A stretch of DNA of 64,000 bases from an uncultured Bacteroidota bacterium (GCA_902626365.1 CACOFE010000004.1:14267-78266), one strand, 5' to 3'; shown: positions 45,093-55,433, counted from the first letter of the stretch. Notes: generated by a model not told the origin, from the letters alone. Program-made: numbers and translations.

Positions 45093-46526
45093 ATGCCAGA
45101 CAATAATATTTCATTAAGTTCAAGGATTTTTTACTATATGATGGTTTTTATAGTTGTTGAATCCATAATGATTGCAGGTGTAACTTTATTCCAATTCAAT
45201 AAAAAAAATTCCGAATATCATGAGGGAAGATTAGAAAGGAAAGAAAATAATTTACTAGTTGATATAAAGTATGAGTTACAAAAAAACGGAATCAATTCTA
45301 TTAACTCATTAAATAACAGCATGATCTTGGAAATGGCTGATGTACATAATTTGGAATTTGAATTATACAGCTTGGATGGAGTATTATTAAAAAGCTCAAC
45401 TGCTTTAACTGGTGTCAGAGGTACTACCATTTTAGATAAAGAAATTTTAGAATACTTTAAAAATGATAACTCTTCTAGGTATGTTATCGAAGATAAAAAC
45501 TCAAGCTACTTTAAATCATCTTATAATTTAGTTTCAAACTTTCAAAACCAACCTTTGGGTATAATTTATATACCCTATTTTGCAGATGATTCAAGTAGTA
45601 AGGAAGAGCTTAGTGGGTTTTTAATCAGTTTAGGCTTTGTACATGGAAATATGATTTTGATAGCATTTATTATCGCATATTTTATCTCAAATTTTGTTAC
45701 AAAATCATTAGATTCTATCGGTGAAACAATAAAAAGAACAAATCTTCAAAATCAAAATGTTAAAATTAATGTCAAAAATACACCCAAGGAAGTTGTTGCT
45801 CTCATTGATTCTTATAACACAATGATAGATGAGCTTAAAAGCAGTGCGGTTAAGCTTGCAAAAAGTGAAAGGGAAACAGCATGGAGAGAAATGGCAAAAC
45901 AAGTAGCACACGAAATCAAAAATCCATTAACTCCAATGCGGTTAAGTATTCAAACTTTTGAGCGTGGCTTTAGTAAAGGGCAAGAGTTTAGCAAGCAAAG
46001 AATTAAAGAGTTTAGTAATTCTTTAATTCAGCAGATAGACACTATGAGTTCAATTGCTACCGCATTTTCAGATTTTGCAGAAATGCCTGAACCCAAAAAA
46101 GAAGAATTAAATGTAGTTGAAGTGGTTGAACTTGCTATTGATATTTTTAATAGAGATCAAATTAGCTTTAATACATCATCAAGTAAAATTCTTGCTAATT
46201 TTGATAGAACTCAGCTAATTAGGGTTATAACTAATTTGCTAAAAAATGCCTTTCAAGCAATTCCGGAGGATAGAGACCCTGAAATAAACGTAGATATTTC
46301 TGAAAAAGATGATGATGTAAATATTTCAATTTCAGACAATGGTTATGGTATTTCCAAAACGGATATGGAAAAAATATTTGAACCAAGCTTTACAACAAAA
46401 TCAAGTGGTATGGGGCTTGGGCTGTCAATGATAAAAAGCATAATTACAGCATATAATGGAAGTATTACTTTTACCTCAAAGAGTAATGTCGGAACAACTT
46501 TTAATATTACCTTCCCCAAAAAATAA
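45093..46526 (+). CDS. sensor histidine kinase (2 TM, HAMP, HisKA, HATPase_c)
   Basis: H-box AHEIKNPLTPM, N-box LLKNAFQA, G-boxes SDNGYGI and GMGLGLS. Confidence 0.9.
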   Translation: MPDNNISLSSRIFYYMMVFIVVESIMIAGVTLFQFNKKNSEYHEGRLERKENNLLVDIKYELQKNGINSINSLNNSMILEMADVHNLEFELYSLDGVLLKSSTALTGVRGTTILDKEILEYFKNDNSSRYVIEDKNSSYFKSSYNLVSNFQNQPLGIIYIPYFADDSSSKEELSGFLISLGFVHGNMILIAFIIAYFISNFVTKSLDSIGETIKRTNLQNQNVKINVKNTPKEVVALIDSYNTMIDELKSSAVKLAKSERETAWREMAKQVAHEIKNPLTPMRLSIQTFERGFSKGQEFSKQRIKEFSNSLIQQIDTMSSIATAFSDFAEMPEPKKEELNVVEVVELAIDIFNRDQISFNTSSSKILANFDRTQLIRVITNLLKNAFQAIPEDRDPEINVDISEKDDDVNISISDNGYGISKTDMEKIFEPSFTTKSSGMGLGLSMIKSIITAYNGSITFTSKSNVGTTFNITFPKK

Positions 46527-46531
46527 CTAAT

Positions 46532-47308
46532 ATGTCTTACAATAATTTAACATATGAAATTGATGATAGAATTAATATAATTTCTATCAATAGACCAAAA
46601 AACCTAAATGCATTAAATATTGAAACTTTTTCAGAGTTAGATCACGCAGTTAAATCATCAATTGCAAATCCTGATGTAAGACTAATAATCATAACTGGAG
46701 CTGGAGATAAAGCATTTGTTGCTGGCGCAGATATAAAAGAGTTTGTTAATTTTTCTATGGAAGAAGCATATGAACTTTCAGAATCAGGACACAAAATATT
46801 ATCAGAAACCATTGAAAGTTGTCCAAAGCCAATAATTGCTGCAATAAATGGTTATGCACTTGGTGGAGGATTAGAGATAGCCTTGGCATGTCATATTAGA
46901 ATAGCCTCTGAAAATTCTAAAATGGGTCTACCAGAAGTTTCATTAGGAGTTATTCCTGGCTATGGTGGAACTCAAAGACTTCCTAGGTTAATCGGAAAAG
47001 GAAGAGCTTTAGACATGATTTTAACTGGGAAAATGATCGATGCTGATGATGCTTTAGCGTTTGGTTTGATAAATTATAAAACTACTCATGATCAATTAAT
47101 GATTTTTGCTAAAGATCTAGCAAAAAAAATCTTGTCAAATTCATCGAATGCTATAAAAAATGCAATTAAAAGCGTAAATGCTAATTTTCGACAAGATGTA
47201 AACGGTTTTGAATTCGAAATAAATGAATTTAGCAAGTGTTTCGAAACAAAAGAATTCATTGAAGGAACTTCAGCTTTTTTAAATAAGAGAAAGCCTGACT
47301 TTAACTAA
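46532..47308 (+). CDS. enoyl-CoA hydratase/isomerase family protein
   Basis: Crotonase motifs GAGDKAFVAGADIKEF and INGYALGGGLEIALAC. Confidence 0.9.
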   Translation: MSYNNLTYEIDDRINIISINRPKNLNALNIETFSELDHAVKSSIANPDVRLIIITGAGDKAFVAGADIKEFVNFSMEEAYELSESGHKILSETIESCPKPIIAAINGYALGGGLEIALACHIRIASENSKMGLPEVSLGVIPGYGGTQRLPRLIGKGRALDMILTGKMIDADDALAFGLINYKTTHDQLMIFAKDLAKKILSNSSNAIKNAIKSVNANFRQDVNGFEFEINEFSKCFETKEFIEGTSAFLNKRKPDFN

Positions 47309-47372
47309 ATATTATGTGTTTTTTAACAGCTAGTGTTATAAAAAAACAAGATATTCGCACCAAATATAGATT

Positions 47373-49394
47373 TTGAAAAAGTTATTTGCACTTCTTACAT
47401 TTTTTACAATTCAATTTTTATGTTCCCAACAGAATGATTTTGTTGAAATTAATATAAATGCTCAAGTTCTCGACTATGAAACCCAAACCGGAATTCAATT
47501 TTCTGAAGTTAAATTCTTAAATAAGAATATTGGCGCACTGACTGATGATGAAGGGAAGTTCTCTTTGAATTATTTACAGAGAAGTATTGAAAACAATGAT
47601 ATTTTTATTATTTCAGCACATGGGTATGATACAATAAAAACTTCAGCTAATAATCTCTATAAATTCTTAAATAACACAAATAAATTTTTTTTAAAGAAAG
47701 CTAACAGCTCTAGTTTATGGTTTAATGAAGATGATACTAAAGACAATTATATTTTTGGTAAGGTTTTTAGCGTTAAAGGACCAATCCAAGGAGCATCAAT
47801 AAAAATCAAAAATTCTTTAATTGAAGCCAAATCAGATTTTGAAGGTTTTTTTAGGATTAAAGCAAACCTTGATGATGTTATAGTTGTTAATTATCTAGGA
47901 ATGATTGAAAAGCAATTATTGGTTGAGAGCTTAGATGATAAGTATATTTTATTAAAGACAGATGCCCAAATTTTAGATCAAGTAACTATTACTGGAACCA
48001 CTGAGTTAAGTGATGAAGTGGACACAGGCTATGGAAAAAAAAAGAAAAAATCTGTTGGTTTCTCAACCTCAACGATTACATCAGAAGATATTTCTCCTGG
48101 CGCTGTTTCAATAGTAGATGCAATTCGCGGCAAGTTTACAAATGTACAAGTTGCCTATAATCAGGATGGTGCAGCAACTGGCAACCAGGCACAAATTTAC
48201 GTAAGAGGTGGTTCACTTTCTATTAATAACTCTGCAGCTGCAATATTTGATATTGAGGGTTTGATTTATAATGAAGTCCCTAATTTTATAGATCCACAAC
48301 AGATAGAAAGTATAACTTTATTGAGATCACTAGCGGCAACAAACCGTTATGGAAGTCAAGGTAGAGGAGGCGTGTTTTTAATCAAAATGAAATCTTTATC
48401 AAGAAAGGCTCAAAGATTATTAAATAACCTAAAGGTTAAAGGAAATGATTACAATCAACAAACACCTAGCATAGCATTAGACTCCATAATGCCATATTAT
48501 ATCAACGATTATAAGGCGGCAGAGTCTTTTGATGAAGCCAAAAACCAATTTTTGAGTTTAAGTAGTGGAGTATATGAATTATCTGTTCTATTTCACATCG
48601 AATCATTTAATTATTTTAAAAAAATAGATAAAGAATTTGCAGTTACCATATTAAAATCAATTGCAAAAAAGGCAAAGGACAATCCCAAGGCACTAAAAAC
48701 TATTGCTTATCATCTTGAAAAAATTGGAGATTTTCAAACTGCAAAAATTATATATCAAAGATTACTATCAATACGACCACTTGATGAACAATCATATAGA
48801 GATTTAGTGTTGATTTACAAAGAAAATCACGATTATGAATTAGCAGCTAGTTTATACGATTTAATGCTAAATAATAAGTTAAAGAATGTCAACATGTTAG
48901 GGCTTCAAGAAACCGTTGTTAATGAGGCTGCTCACTTATATTGGACTAAATTTGATAAATTAAGTCAGACAGCCTTCCCATTAAAAACTTTAAAAACATA
49001 TGTTCCGAAAAATGATTGGCGAAATTTCGGTTTTGATTATAGAATTATTTTTGATTGGAATGATCCTGCAGTTGAATTTAATGTTCAATTTGTTGACCCA
49101 AAAAACAAATACTATAACTGGTCTCATACAATTTTAGACGATAAAGAACTCTTAGAAGATGAGCTTAATTACGGATATAATACTGAGGAATTTATAATTG
49201 AGAAATCGGATAGAGGAAAATGGATAATTAACATTGAAAATTATTCAATTCAAGATGAATCAAACCCAACCTTTATAAAATATACAGTATTTAAAAATTA
49301 CGGAAGACCTAATGAAATTAGAAAGACTGAAGTAATTAATTTAAATAAACTAAAACAAAAGGTTAACCTTGATATTCTAAGATATTATAACTAG
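47373..49394 (+). CDS. secreted CarboxypepD_reg-like + TonB-plug-like domain protein lacking a beta-barrel, with a TPR-like and beta-rich C-terminus
   Basis: TTG start and signal peptide. Two carboxypeptidase-regulatory-like segments (…GALTDDEGKFSL…, …AKSDFEGFFRI…). Plug-like IYVRGGSLS...ESITLLRSLAATNRYGSQGRGGVFLI. Only about 330 aa follow, which is too short for a 22-strand barrel. Confidence 0.6.
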   Translation: MKKLFALLTFFTIQFLCSQQNDFVEININAQVLDYETQTGIQFSEVKFLNKNIGALTDDEGKFSLNYLQRSIENNDIFIISAHGYDTIKTSANNLYKFLNNTNKFFLKKANSSSLWFNEDDTKDNYIFGKVFSVKGPIQGASIKIKNSLIEAKSDFEGFFRIKANLDDVIVVNYLGMIEKQLLVESLDDKYILLKTDAQILDQVTITGTTELSDEVDTGYGKKKKKSVGFSTSTITSEDISPGAVSIVDAIRGKFTNVQVAYNQDGAATGNQAQIYVRGGSLSINNSAAAIFDIEGLIYNEVPNFIDPQQIESITLLRSLAATNRYGSQGRGGVFLIKMKSLSRKAQRLLNNLKVKGNDYNQQTPSIALDSIMPYYINDYKAAESFDEAKNQFLSLSSGVYELSVLFHIESFNYFKKIDKEFAVTILKSIAKKAKDNPKALKTIAYHLEKIGDFQTAKIIYQRLLSIRPLDEQSYRDLVLIYKENHDYELAASLYDLMLNNKLKNVNMLGLQETVVNEAAHLYWTKFDKLSQTAFPLKTLKTYVPKNDWRNFGFDYRIIFDWNDPAVEFNVQFVDPKNKYYNWSHTILDDKELLEDELNYGYNTEEFIIEKSDRGKWIINIENYSIQDESNPTFIKYTVFKNYGRPNEIRKTEVINLNKLKQKVNLDILRYYN

Positions 49395-49801
49395 CAGTGC
49401 TCGTTAAAAGCACCTTTCAAATTTTGAGAGATCATTTCAGCAGATCTTCCTTCAATATGATGTCTTTCAAGCATATGAACTAATTCACCATTTTTAAATA
49501 AGGCTATTGCGGGTGAGCTAGGGGGAAATGGCGCTAAATAATATCTAACTTTTTCAACTGCTTCTCGATCTACACCCGCAAAAGCAGTTGTTAGATGATC
49601 TGGTTTTTTATCGTTAGTTAAACTTGTGATTGCGCCGGGTCTTGCATTAGCTGCCGCACAGCCACAAACTGAATTTACAACTACCAATGTTGTTCCTTCA
49701 TTGGAGATCATATTATCAACATCGTCAACCGATTTTAATTCACTAAAACCTTGATCGGTAAGTTGTTTTCTCATAGGTAAAACTAGTTCTTCAGGGTACA
49801 T
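49391..49801 (-). CDS. BrxA/BrxB-type bacilliredoxin (DUF1094)
   Basis: NSVCGCAAANARP with the CGC redox motif. 136 aa thioredoxin-like protein. Confidence 0.75.
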   Translation of the reverse strand: MYPEELVLPMRKQLTDQGFSELKSVDDVDNMISNEGTTLVVVNSVCGCAAANARPGAITSLTNDKKPDHLTTAFAGVDREAVEKVRYYLAPFPPSSPAIALFKNGELVHMLERHHIEGRSAEMISQNLKGAFNEHC

Positions 49802-49887
49802 ATCTAGAATAATTATAAATTACTGCAAATATAAAATGTTTTCTCTTAATATAAGATTTGTTTTAGTATTTTCGTCAAAACACAATT

Positions 49888-50745
49888 ATGGAAAGTATTG
49901 CAACTGCTTTAGAAGAGTTTTTTATAGGCTTGGGTAATCCAATTCTCCAGGCTTTTTGTGCTGGATTATTCACTTGGATTTTAACAGCAATGGGCGCTGG
50001 ATTAGTTTTTTTCTTTAAGTCTGCAAATCGTAAATTGCTTGACGCTTCTCTTGGTTTTACTGGTGGCGTGATGATTGCCGCAAGCTTTTGGTCTTTGTTG
50101 TCACCAGCTATTGATGCAGTTGAAAAACAACATGAGTTAGGACTTACATCTCTACCTTCATTTTTACCTCCAGCGATAGGTTTTTTCTTTGGTGCATTTT
50201 TTATTTATTTTTTAGATAAAAAAATTCCCCACCTACATTTATTTAAAAAAATTGAAGAGGCAGAGGGACCCAAAACTGACCTAAAAAAGACTGAATTATT
50301 AGTTCTTGCAATAGCAATTCATAATATTCCTGAAGGTTTAGCCGTAGGGGTAGCCTTTGGTGCGATAGCCTCAGGGATGGATATTGGATTTACTCTTGGT
50401 GGAGCTATTGCATTAGCTATAGGAATGGGATTACAAAATGCCCCTGAAGGATTTGCCGTTTCCATGCCGATGAGAAGAGCTGGTTTTAGTAGATTTAAGT
50501 CATGGCAATGGGGACAATTGTCTGCAATTGTTGAACCAATTTTTGCTGTTATCGGAGCTGCTATTGTAATTGCCGTATATCCGATACTACCTTATGCTTT
50601 AGCCTTTGCTGCTGGAGCAATGATATTTATTGTAGTAGAAGAGGTAATTCCAGAAAGCCAAAGCGGTGGAAACGCTGACATTGCTACCATGGGATTAATT
50701 GCTGGATTTATTGTTATGATGTGTCTTGACGTAGCTTTAGGATAG
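49888..50745 (+). CDS. ZIP family divalent-metal transporter
   Basis: HNIPEGLAVG and QNAPEGFAV motifs. 8 TM segments. Confidence 0.85.
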   Translation: MESIATALEEFFIGLGNPILQAFCAGLFTWILTAMGAGLVFFFKSANRKLLDASLGFTGGVMIAASFWSLLSPAIDAVEKQHELGLTSLPSFLPPAIGFFFGAFFIYFLDKKIPHLHLFKKIEEAEGPKTDLKKTELLVLAIAIHNIPEGLAVGVAFGAIASGMDIGFTLGGAIALAIGMGLQNAPEGFAVSMPMRRAGFSRFKSWQWGQLSAIVEPIFAVIGAAIVIAVYPILPYALAFAAGAMIFIVVEEVIPESQSGGNADIATMGLIAGFIVMMCLDVALG

Positions 50746-50746
50746 T

Positions 50747-51286
50747 TTATTTTCTAGAGGCATTTGCTATTTCCTCAAAATTCACATTTTCATATATAAA
50801 ATATTGGTTAGTCATAAGCTGATTACCATATTTATTCAACCAGTCTTTATGAAGTGAAAGCTCAATATTTGTTGGCGGAATTACATTAAATTCAACCGTG
50901 TATAAATCATCTTTTTTACCTGGCAAAGAAATATTCCTAGCATAATGATAGTTGTCAATCAGGTTAATGTGAGGTATCAAATCAATGAATGTGCTTAGGC
51001 CAGTTTTTTGGTTGGTAACTTTGGATGTGATATGTAAATATGCAACAAAGCCACCCTCGGGTGATCCCTTAGGGGTATTTTTGATATCCCAATTTACTCG
51101 AGCCTCAATATGTACATTAGTTTCATTTTCTTTAAGGTGCATTCCACTAGGCATAACATGATCTTTAACAGCACCCTCAAAAATAAACACGATTCCTGGG
51201 TCAACCGTTTCTTCTCCGATTATAAGTTCTTGTGAGACAAGAAAGTTAAATTTTAAAAGAAAAATTGTAAGTAATATATATTTCAT
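50747..51286 (-). CDS. periplasmic P19/FtrA-like iron(copper)-binding transport protein
   Basis: Signal peptide. HIEARVNWD and FVAYLHI resemble the HLEADIHA / WIPYLTI segments of Campylobacter P19 as I recall them. Adjacent to the SCO gene. Confidence 0.5.
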   Translation of the reverse strand: MKYILLTIFLLKFNFLVSQELIIGEETVDPGIVFIFEGAVKDHVMPSGMHLKENETNVHIEARVNWDIKNTPKGSPEGGFVAYLHITSKVTNQKTGLSTFIDLIPHINLIDNYHYARNISLPGKKDDLYTVEFNVIPPTNIELSLHKDWLNKYGNQLMTNQYFIYENVNFEEIANASRK

Positions 51287-51291
51287 TTTTA

Positions 51292-51966
51292 TTAATTATA
51301 AGATTGTTTAAGAATTTCTATGTCTTTCAATAGCCGATTTATCTCCTCAGAATTTGTCCCATCATAAAAACCTCTAATTTGTTTTTCTTTATCAATCAGC
51401 ATGAAATTTTCAGTATGAATCATATCAAATTCATTAAAGTTACTGTCTTCAACAGCAAGATAGGATTTTCTTGCAAGTTCATAGATTTGTTTTTTATCAC
51501 CAGTTAATAGATTCCATTTTGAATCATCAACATTGTTTTCAATGGCATATTCTTTAAGCTGTTCAACTGTGTCAACTTCTGGAATCACCGTGTGAGATAA
51601 AAGTAAAATTTCATTGTCATTTTTAAGTATTTCTTGTAGTTGGTACATGTTTTTAGTCATTACAGGACAGATGTCTTGACATGTTGTAAAGAAAAAGTCA
51701 GCAACATAAATTTTGTCTTTATAGTTAGCTTGTGTAATTTCTTTTCCGTTTTGATTTGTCAACTTGAAATCAGATATTTTATGGTATTTAGCAACATGAA
51801 TTATTGATGAGTCTACTAGTTTCTCATTTACTTCAGCTGGTTGATATATAGGTAATACTTCAATAGGTTTTAGAATTACGTAAAACATATAAACCGCTGC
51901 TGCAGAAAAAATTAAAATGAATCCTACAGTTATAAAATCTCTTTTTCTAAATAGCTTCAATTTCAA
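51292..51966 (-). CDS. SCO1/SenC family copper chaperone (thioredoxin fold)
   Basis: N-terminal TM and the CxxxC motif FTTCQDICP. Downstream His in SHTV. Confidence 0.8.
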   Translation of the reverse strand: MKLKLFRKRDFITVGFILIFSAAAVYMFYVILKPIEVLPIYQPAEVNEKLVDSSIIHVAKYHKISDFKLTNQNGKEITQANYKDKIYVADFFFTTCQDICPVMTKNMYQLQEILKNDNEILLLSHTVIPEVDTVEQLKEYAIENNVDDSKWNLLTGDKKQIYELARKSYLAVEDSNFNEFDMIHTENFMLIDKEKQIRGFYDGTNSEEINRLLKDIEILKQSYN

Positions 51967-51983
51967 TCAAATTTTGTGGTATG

Positions 51984-51991
51984 CAAAAATA
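51984..51991 (-). promoter_or_regulatory. candidate -7 box (TATTTTTG on the minus strand) for the SCO/P19 operon
   Basis: The plus strand reads CAAAAATA. The box ends 17 nt before the ATG at 51966. Confidence 0.35.
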
Positions 51992-52047
51992 CAACAGTTT
52001 TACATTAAATAATCAAAATAGATATTTTTAATTTACTATTAATCAAT

Positions 52048-52055
52048 TACTTTTG
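52048..52055 (+). promoter_or_regulatory. candidate -7 box (TACTTTTG) for rseP
   Basis: Exact TAnnTTTG, 20 nt before the ATG at 52076. Confidence 0.35.
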
Positions 52056-52075
52056 TCAGCTAATTAAACAAGTCT

Positions 52076-53422
52076 ATGGAAATCTTAATTAAAGTTTCAC
52101 AATTTATTTTAAGTCTTTCTTTAATTATTGTTTTGCATGAGTTTGGTCATTATTGGCCCGCGAAATATTTTAAAATAAAAGTTGAAAAGTTTTACTTATT
52201 CTTTGATGTTAATTTTTCATTGTTTAAGAAAAAAATTGGAGAAACTGAGTGGGGTATAGGTTGGTTACCTCTTGGCGGATATGTCAAGATTGCTGGAATG
52301 ATTGATGAAAGTATGGATAAGGAGCAAATGGTAAAACCACCAAAATCTTGGGAGTTCAGATCTAAGCCCTCGTGGCAAAGACTAATCGTTATGTTGGGAG
52401 GGGTTACTATTAATTTTATTTTAGCAATTACCATTTATATAGGATTAGCCTATAGTTATGGCTCCTCTTCAATTTCATTGGATTCAATAGATGATGGTTT
52501 TGTAATTACCAATCCTATTTTAAAAGAAGCTGGTTTCAAGACAGGTGATAAGATAATAACTGTTGACGGACAAACATTAGAAACATATTCAGATTTAAGA
52601 AAGTCCATTATAGGATCTACATATTACCAGGTTGAGAGAGACGGAAATATTTTAGAAATTCAACTGCCAGTCGATTTTCTTGGCAAATTATCATCAAGTG
52701 AAGATATGTCTTCATTTGAGTTTAGAATGCCGTTTATTATTCAAAGTGTCTCCGAAGAATCTTTAAACAAAGATTATGACATTAGACAAGGAGATAGGAT
52801 TGTTGCGGTTAACGGACAAGAGATAAAGTACGTTGACCAATTAGTACCTTTATTACAGCAAAATAGTAATCAAACTATTGAAGTAGAACTAATACGGGAC
52901 TCATTTAGAATTAAAAAAACTCTTAATATTAATGAAGACGGTAAACTAGGTATTATGCACGGAGCAACTGTACAAAATATGGTTGATCTAGGTCTTATGA
53001 AAGTTTCCAACAATTCGTATTCCTTTTTAGAAAGTATAGCTGTAGGAACAAATAATTTTGTTTCTTTTATGGGCTTTTACTTTGATCAGTTAGTTGCTAT
53101 TTTTAACCCAAGTACTGGAGCATATAAAGGTCTTGGAGGATTTATTGCTATAGGAAATATTTTCCCATCTACATGGGATTGGCAATCATTTTGGAATAGT
53201 ACAGCTCTCCTATCGGTTATGCTTGGAGTTTTAAATTTATTACCAATTCCTGCTTTAGACGGAGGCCATGCAATGTTTTTAGTTTACGAAATGGTTTCAG
53301 GAAGAAAACCCTCTGATAAATTCATGGAAACCGTACAAGTTATTGGATTCATAATTTTATTGGCACTAGTCATATTTGCAAACGGAAATGACATTTACAA
53401 ATTATTCAATTTTATAATTTAA
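52076..53422 (+). CDS. rseP: RIP site-2 metalloprotease RseP
   Basis: HEFGH zinc motif, PDZ segments, and C-terminal NLLPIPALDGGH. Confidence 0.95.
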   Translation: MEILIKVSQFILSLSLIIVLHEFGHYWPAKYFKIKVEKFYLFFDVNFSLFKKKIGETEWGIGWLPLGGYVKIAGMIDESMDKEQMVKPPKSWEFRSKPSWQRLIVMLGGVTINFILAITIYIGLAYSYGSSSISLDSIDDGFVITNPILKEAGFKTGDKIITVDGQTLETYSDLRKSIIGSTYYQVERDGNILEIQLPVDFLGKLSSSEDMSSFEFRMPFIIQSVSEESLNKDYDIRQGDRIVAVNGQEIKYVDQLVPLLQQNSNQTIEVELIRDSFRIKKTLNINEDGKLGIMHGATVQNMVDLGLMKVSNNSYSFLESIAVGTNNFVSFMGFYFDQLVAIFNPSTGAYKGLGGFIAIGNIFPSTWDWQSFWNSTALLSVMLGVLNLLPIPALDGGHAMFLVYEMVSGRKPSDKFMETVQVIGFIILLALVIFANGNDIYKLFNFII

Positions 53423-53423
53423 A

Positions 53424-54164
53424 ATGGGTTGGTTTTATAATTTACTATTCCTTTGGATATTTATAGGGCTATGTACATTTATATATTTAATTTTCTCAAA
53501 AACTATTGCTCCTTACGGAAGACATTCAAATTCTAAATGGGGAATTACTATTGATAATAGGTTGGGCTGGTTTTGGATGGAATTACCTGCTTTGGTTTTA
53601 ATGCCAGTAATAGTTTTAATTTCTCCTGTTCAAAAAAATGAAATCATAATATTAATACTTTCATTATGGATTTTACATTATTTCTATAGAACGATTTTAT
53701 TTCCAATTAAGTTAAAGACTAAAGGAAAAAAAATGCCTTTAGTAATTGTAATTAGTGCATTCATCTTTAATTTATTTAATGGTTTTTTTGTTGGATATGA
53801 GATAGGAAATATATCACAACTTGATTTTGGAATTAACACATTAATTGGACTAATTATCTTTTTTACCGGCATGTATATTAACAGATCTTCAGATAATAAA
53901 TTAATATTATTACGTAAAGAAAACAAAGAATATCAAATTCCTCAAGGGGGAATGTTTAAATATATTTCATGCCCAAATCATTTTGGAGAAATTATTGAGT
54001 GGTTTGGATTCGCAATTATTGTGTTTAATTTAGGTGCTTTGAGTTTTGCGTTTTGGACTGCATTTAATCTGATTCCAAGAGCCATGAATCACCATAATTG
54101 GTATAAAAAATCCTTTGTAGAATACCCAAAAGACCGAAAAGCTGTAATTCCCTTTTTATTTTAA
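53424..54164 (+). CDS. 3-oxo-5-alpha-steroid 4-dehydrogenase / DUF1295-type membrane reductase
   Basis: Polytopic. C-terminal CPNHFGEIIEWFGF motif. Confidence 0.7.
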   Translation: MGWFYNLLFLWIFIGLCTFIYLIFSKTIAPYGRHSNSKWGITIDNRLGWFWMELPALVLMPVIVLISPVQKNEIIILILSLWILHYFYRTILFPIKLKTKGKKMPLVIVISAFIFNLFNGFFVGYEIGNISQLDFGINTLIGLIIFFTGMYINRSSDNKLILLRKENKEYQIPQGGMFKYISCPNHFGEIIEWFGFAIIVFNLGALSFAFWTAFNLIPRAMNHHNWYKKSFVEYPKDRKAVIPFLF

Positions 54165-54168
54165 ATTA

Positions 54169-55287
54169 TTATAAATCAACAATCGATTTATAGCTGGTTT
54201 TATCTGTATCACCTTCAGTATTAAATATTAAAATTCTAGATTTAGAATTTAAACCAATGTGTTCATTTAATTTTGATAATGCAGGATCTTTAATGCATTT
54301 CATAAGACCAGCAAGACCTGCTGCTCCTGATTCTCCTGAAATAATTCTTGCATCATTCTCATTTGGTTTATATAATGTTCTCATTGCATCTTTAACATCA
54401 TCATCGGAAATTGTAAGAACTGCATCACAACCTTTTTTGATGATTTCCCAAGCACTTTTTGAAGGAATTCCACAATTTAAACCTGCCATAATTGTTTTAA
54501 AACTACCTTTTGGTGAAACTCTTTCATTTTGCTTAAACGAGCTTAGTATTCCAGCAGCTTCTTGTGGCTCTATTAAAACTATTTTTGGTTTATTTTTTTC
54601 GTATCTATTTAAATAATACCATATACAAGATGCTGGCCATGAACCTACTCCACATTGAAGAAATATAACATCCACTTTAGGCTTATCAAATAAATTAATT
54701 GAGTCTTCCATTTCTTTGAAATGAGTTAAATAGCCTGACATTATTAAGGCTGGAATTTTTTCATATCCATCCCATGAAGTGTCCTGAACAAGCATCCAAT
54801 TGTTTAAATTACTTTGTTCTGCAGCGTAATTACATGTTTGCTCATAATTCATATTAAGCTGTATAACCTCTCCTCCAAATTGTGCAATTGCATCAATTCT
54901 TTCAGCAGTTGTATCTTTTGGAACATAAACTACAGACTTTTTTTTATTTATTGAGGCAGACCAGGCTACTGCTTTTCCATGATTACCGTCAGTTGCCGTG
55001 CAAAACACTGATATTTCAGGGTAATCCATTAATAATTTTTTTATCGCATAAGAAGCTCCAAGTCCTTTGAAAGCATTTAAATTGAATCTTGTTGACTCAT
55101 CCTTTAAATGTATACTTCGACAACCAAGACTGGCTGATAAACTTTTTAGTTCAAATAAGTGACTAACAGAGTAGTTAGGTAATGTTTTATGAAATTCTAA
55201 AGAATCACTCTCTGATAATATTTGTTCTGTTAAATTATTATCTCTTTTATTATTCGGAATATTTAAAAAAAACTCCATTATAGTCAA
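54169..55287 (-). CDS. fold-type II PLP enzyme, diaminopropionate ammonia-lyase-like
   Basis: PLP-lysine region NAFKGLGASYA and a Gly-rich loop. About 370 aa with the N-terminal extension typical of DAP ammonia-lyases. The subfamily call is from memory. Confidence 0.65.
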   Translation of the reverse strand: MTIMEFFLNIPNNKRDNNLTEQILSESDSLEFHKTLPNYSVSHLFELKSLSASLGCRSIHLKDESTRFNLNAFKGLGASYAIKKLLMDYPEISVFCTATDGNHGKAVAWSASINKKKSVVYVPKDTTAERIDAIAQFGGEVIQLNMNYEQTCNYAAEQSNLNNWMLVQDTSWDGYEKIPALIMSGYLTHFKEMEDSINLFDKPKVDVIFLQCGVGSWPASCIWYYLNRYEKNKPKIVLIEPQEAAGILSSFKQNERVSPKGSFKTIMAGLNCGIPSKSAWEIIKKGCDAVLTISDDDVKDAMRTLYKPNENDARIISGESGAAGLAGLMKCIKDPALSKLNEHIGLNSKSRILIFNTEGDTDKTSYKSIVDL

Positions 55288-55332
55288 ATTATATTTGATA
55301 TTAAAATTAAATTAAATTTTAAAAATATTATC

Positions 55333-55340
55333 TATATTTG
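55333..55340 (+). promoter_or_regulatory. candidate -7 box (TATATTTG) for tRNA-Asn
   Basis: Exact TAnnTTTG, 20 nt upstream of tRNA base 1. A second identical octamer lies at 55290-55297. Confidence 0.4.
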
Positions 55341-55359
55341 CCCACACTGAAAAGTAAAT

Positions 55360-55433
55360 TCCTCCTTAGCTCAGTTGGTTAGAGCATCTGACTGTTAATC
55401 AGAGGGTCCTTGGTTCGAGCCCAAGAGGGGGAG
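55360..55433 (+). tRNA. tRNA-Asn (anticodon GTT)
   Basis: Cloverleaf folded by hand. Acceptor TCCTCCT/AGGGGGA, D stem GCTC/GAGC, anticodon stem TCTGA/TCAGA with loop CTGTTAA, T stem CTTGG/CCAAG with loop TTCGAGC, discriminator G. CCA is not fully encoded. Confidence 0.95.
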
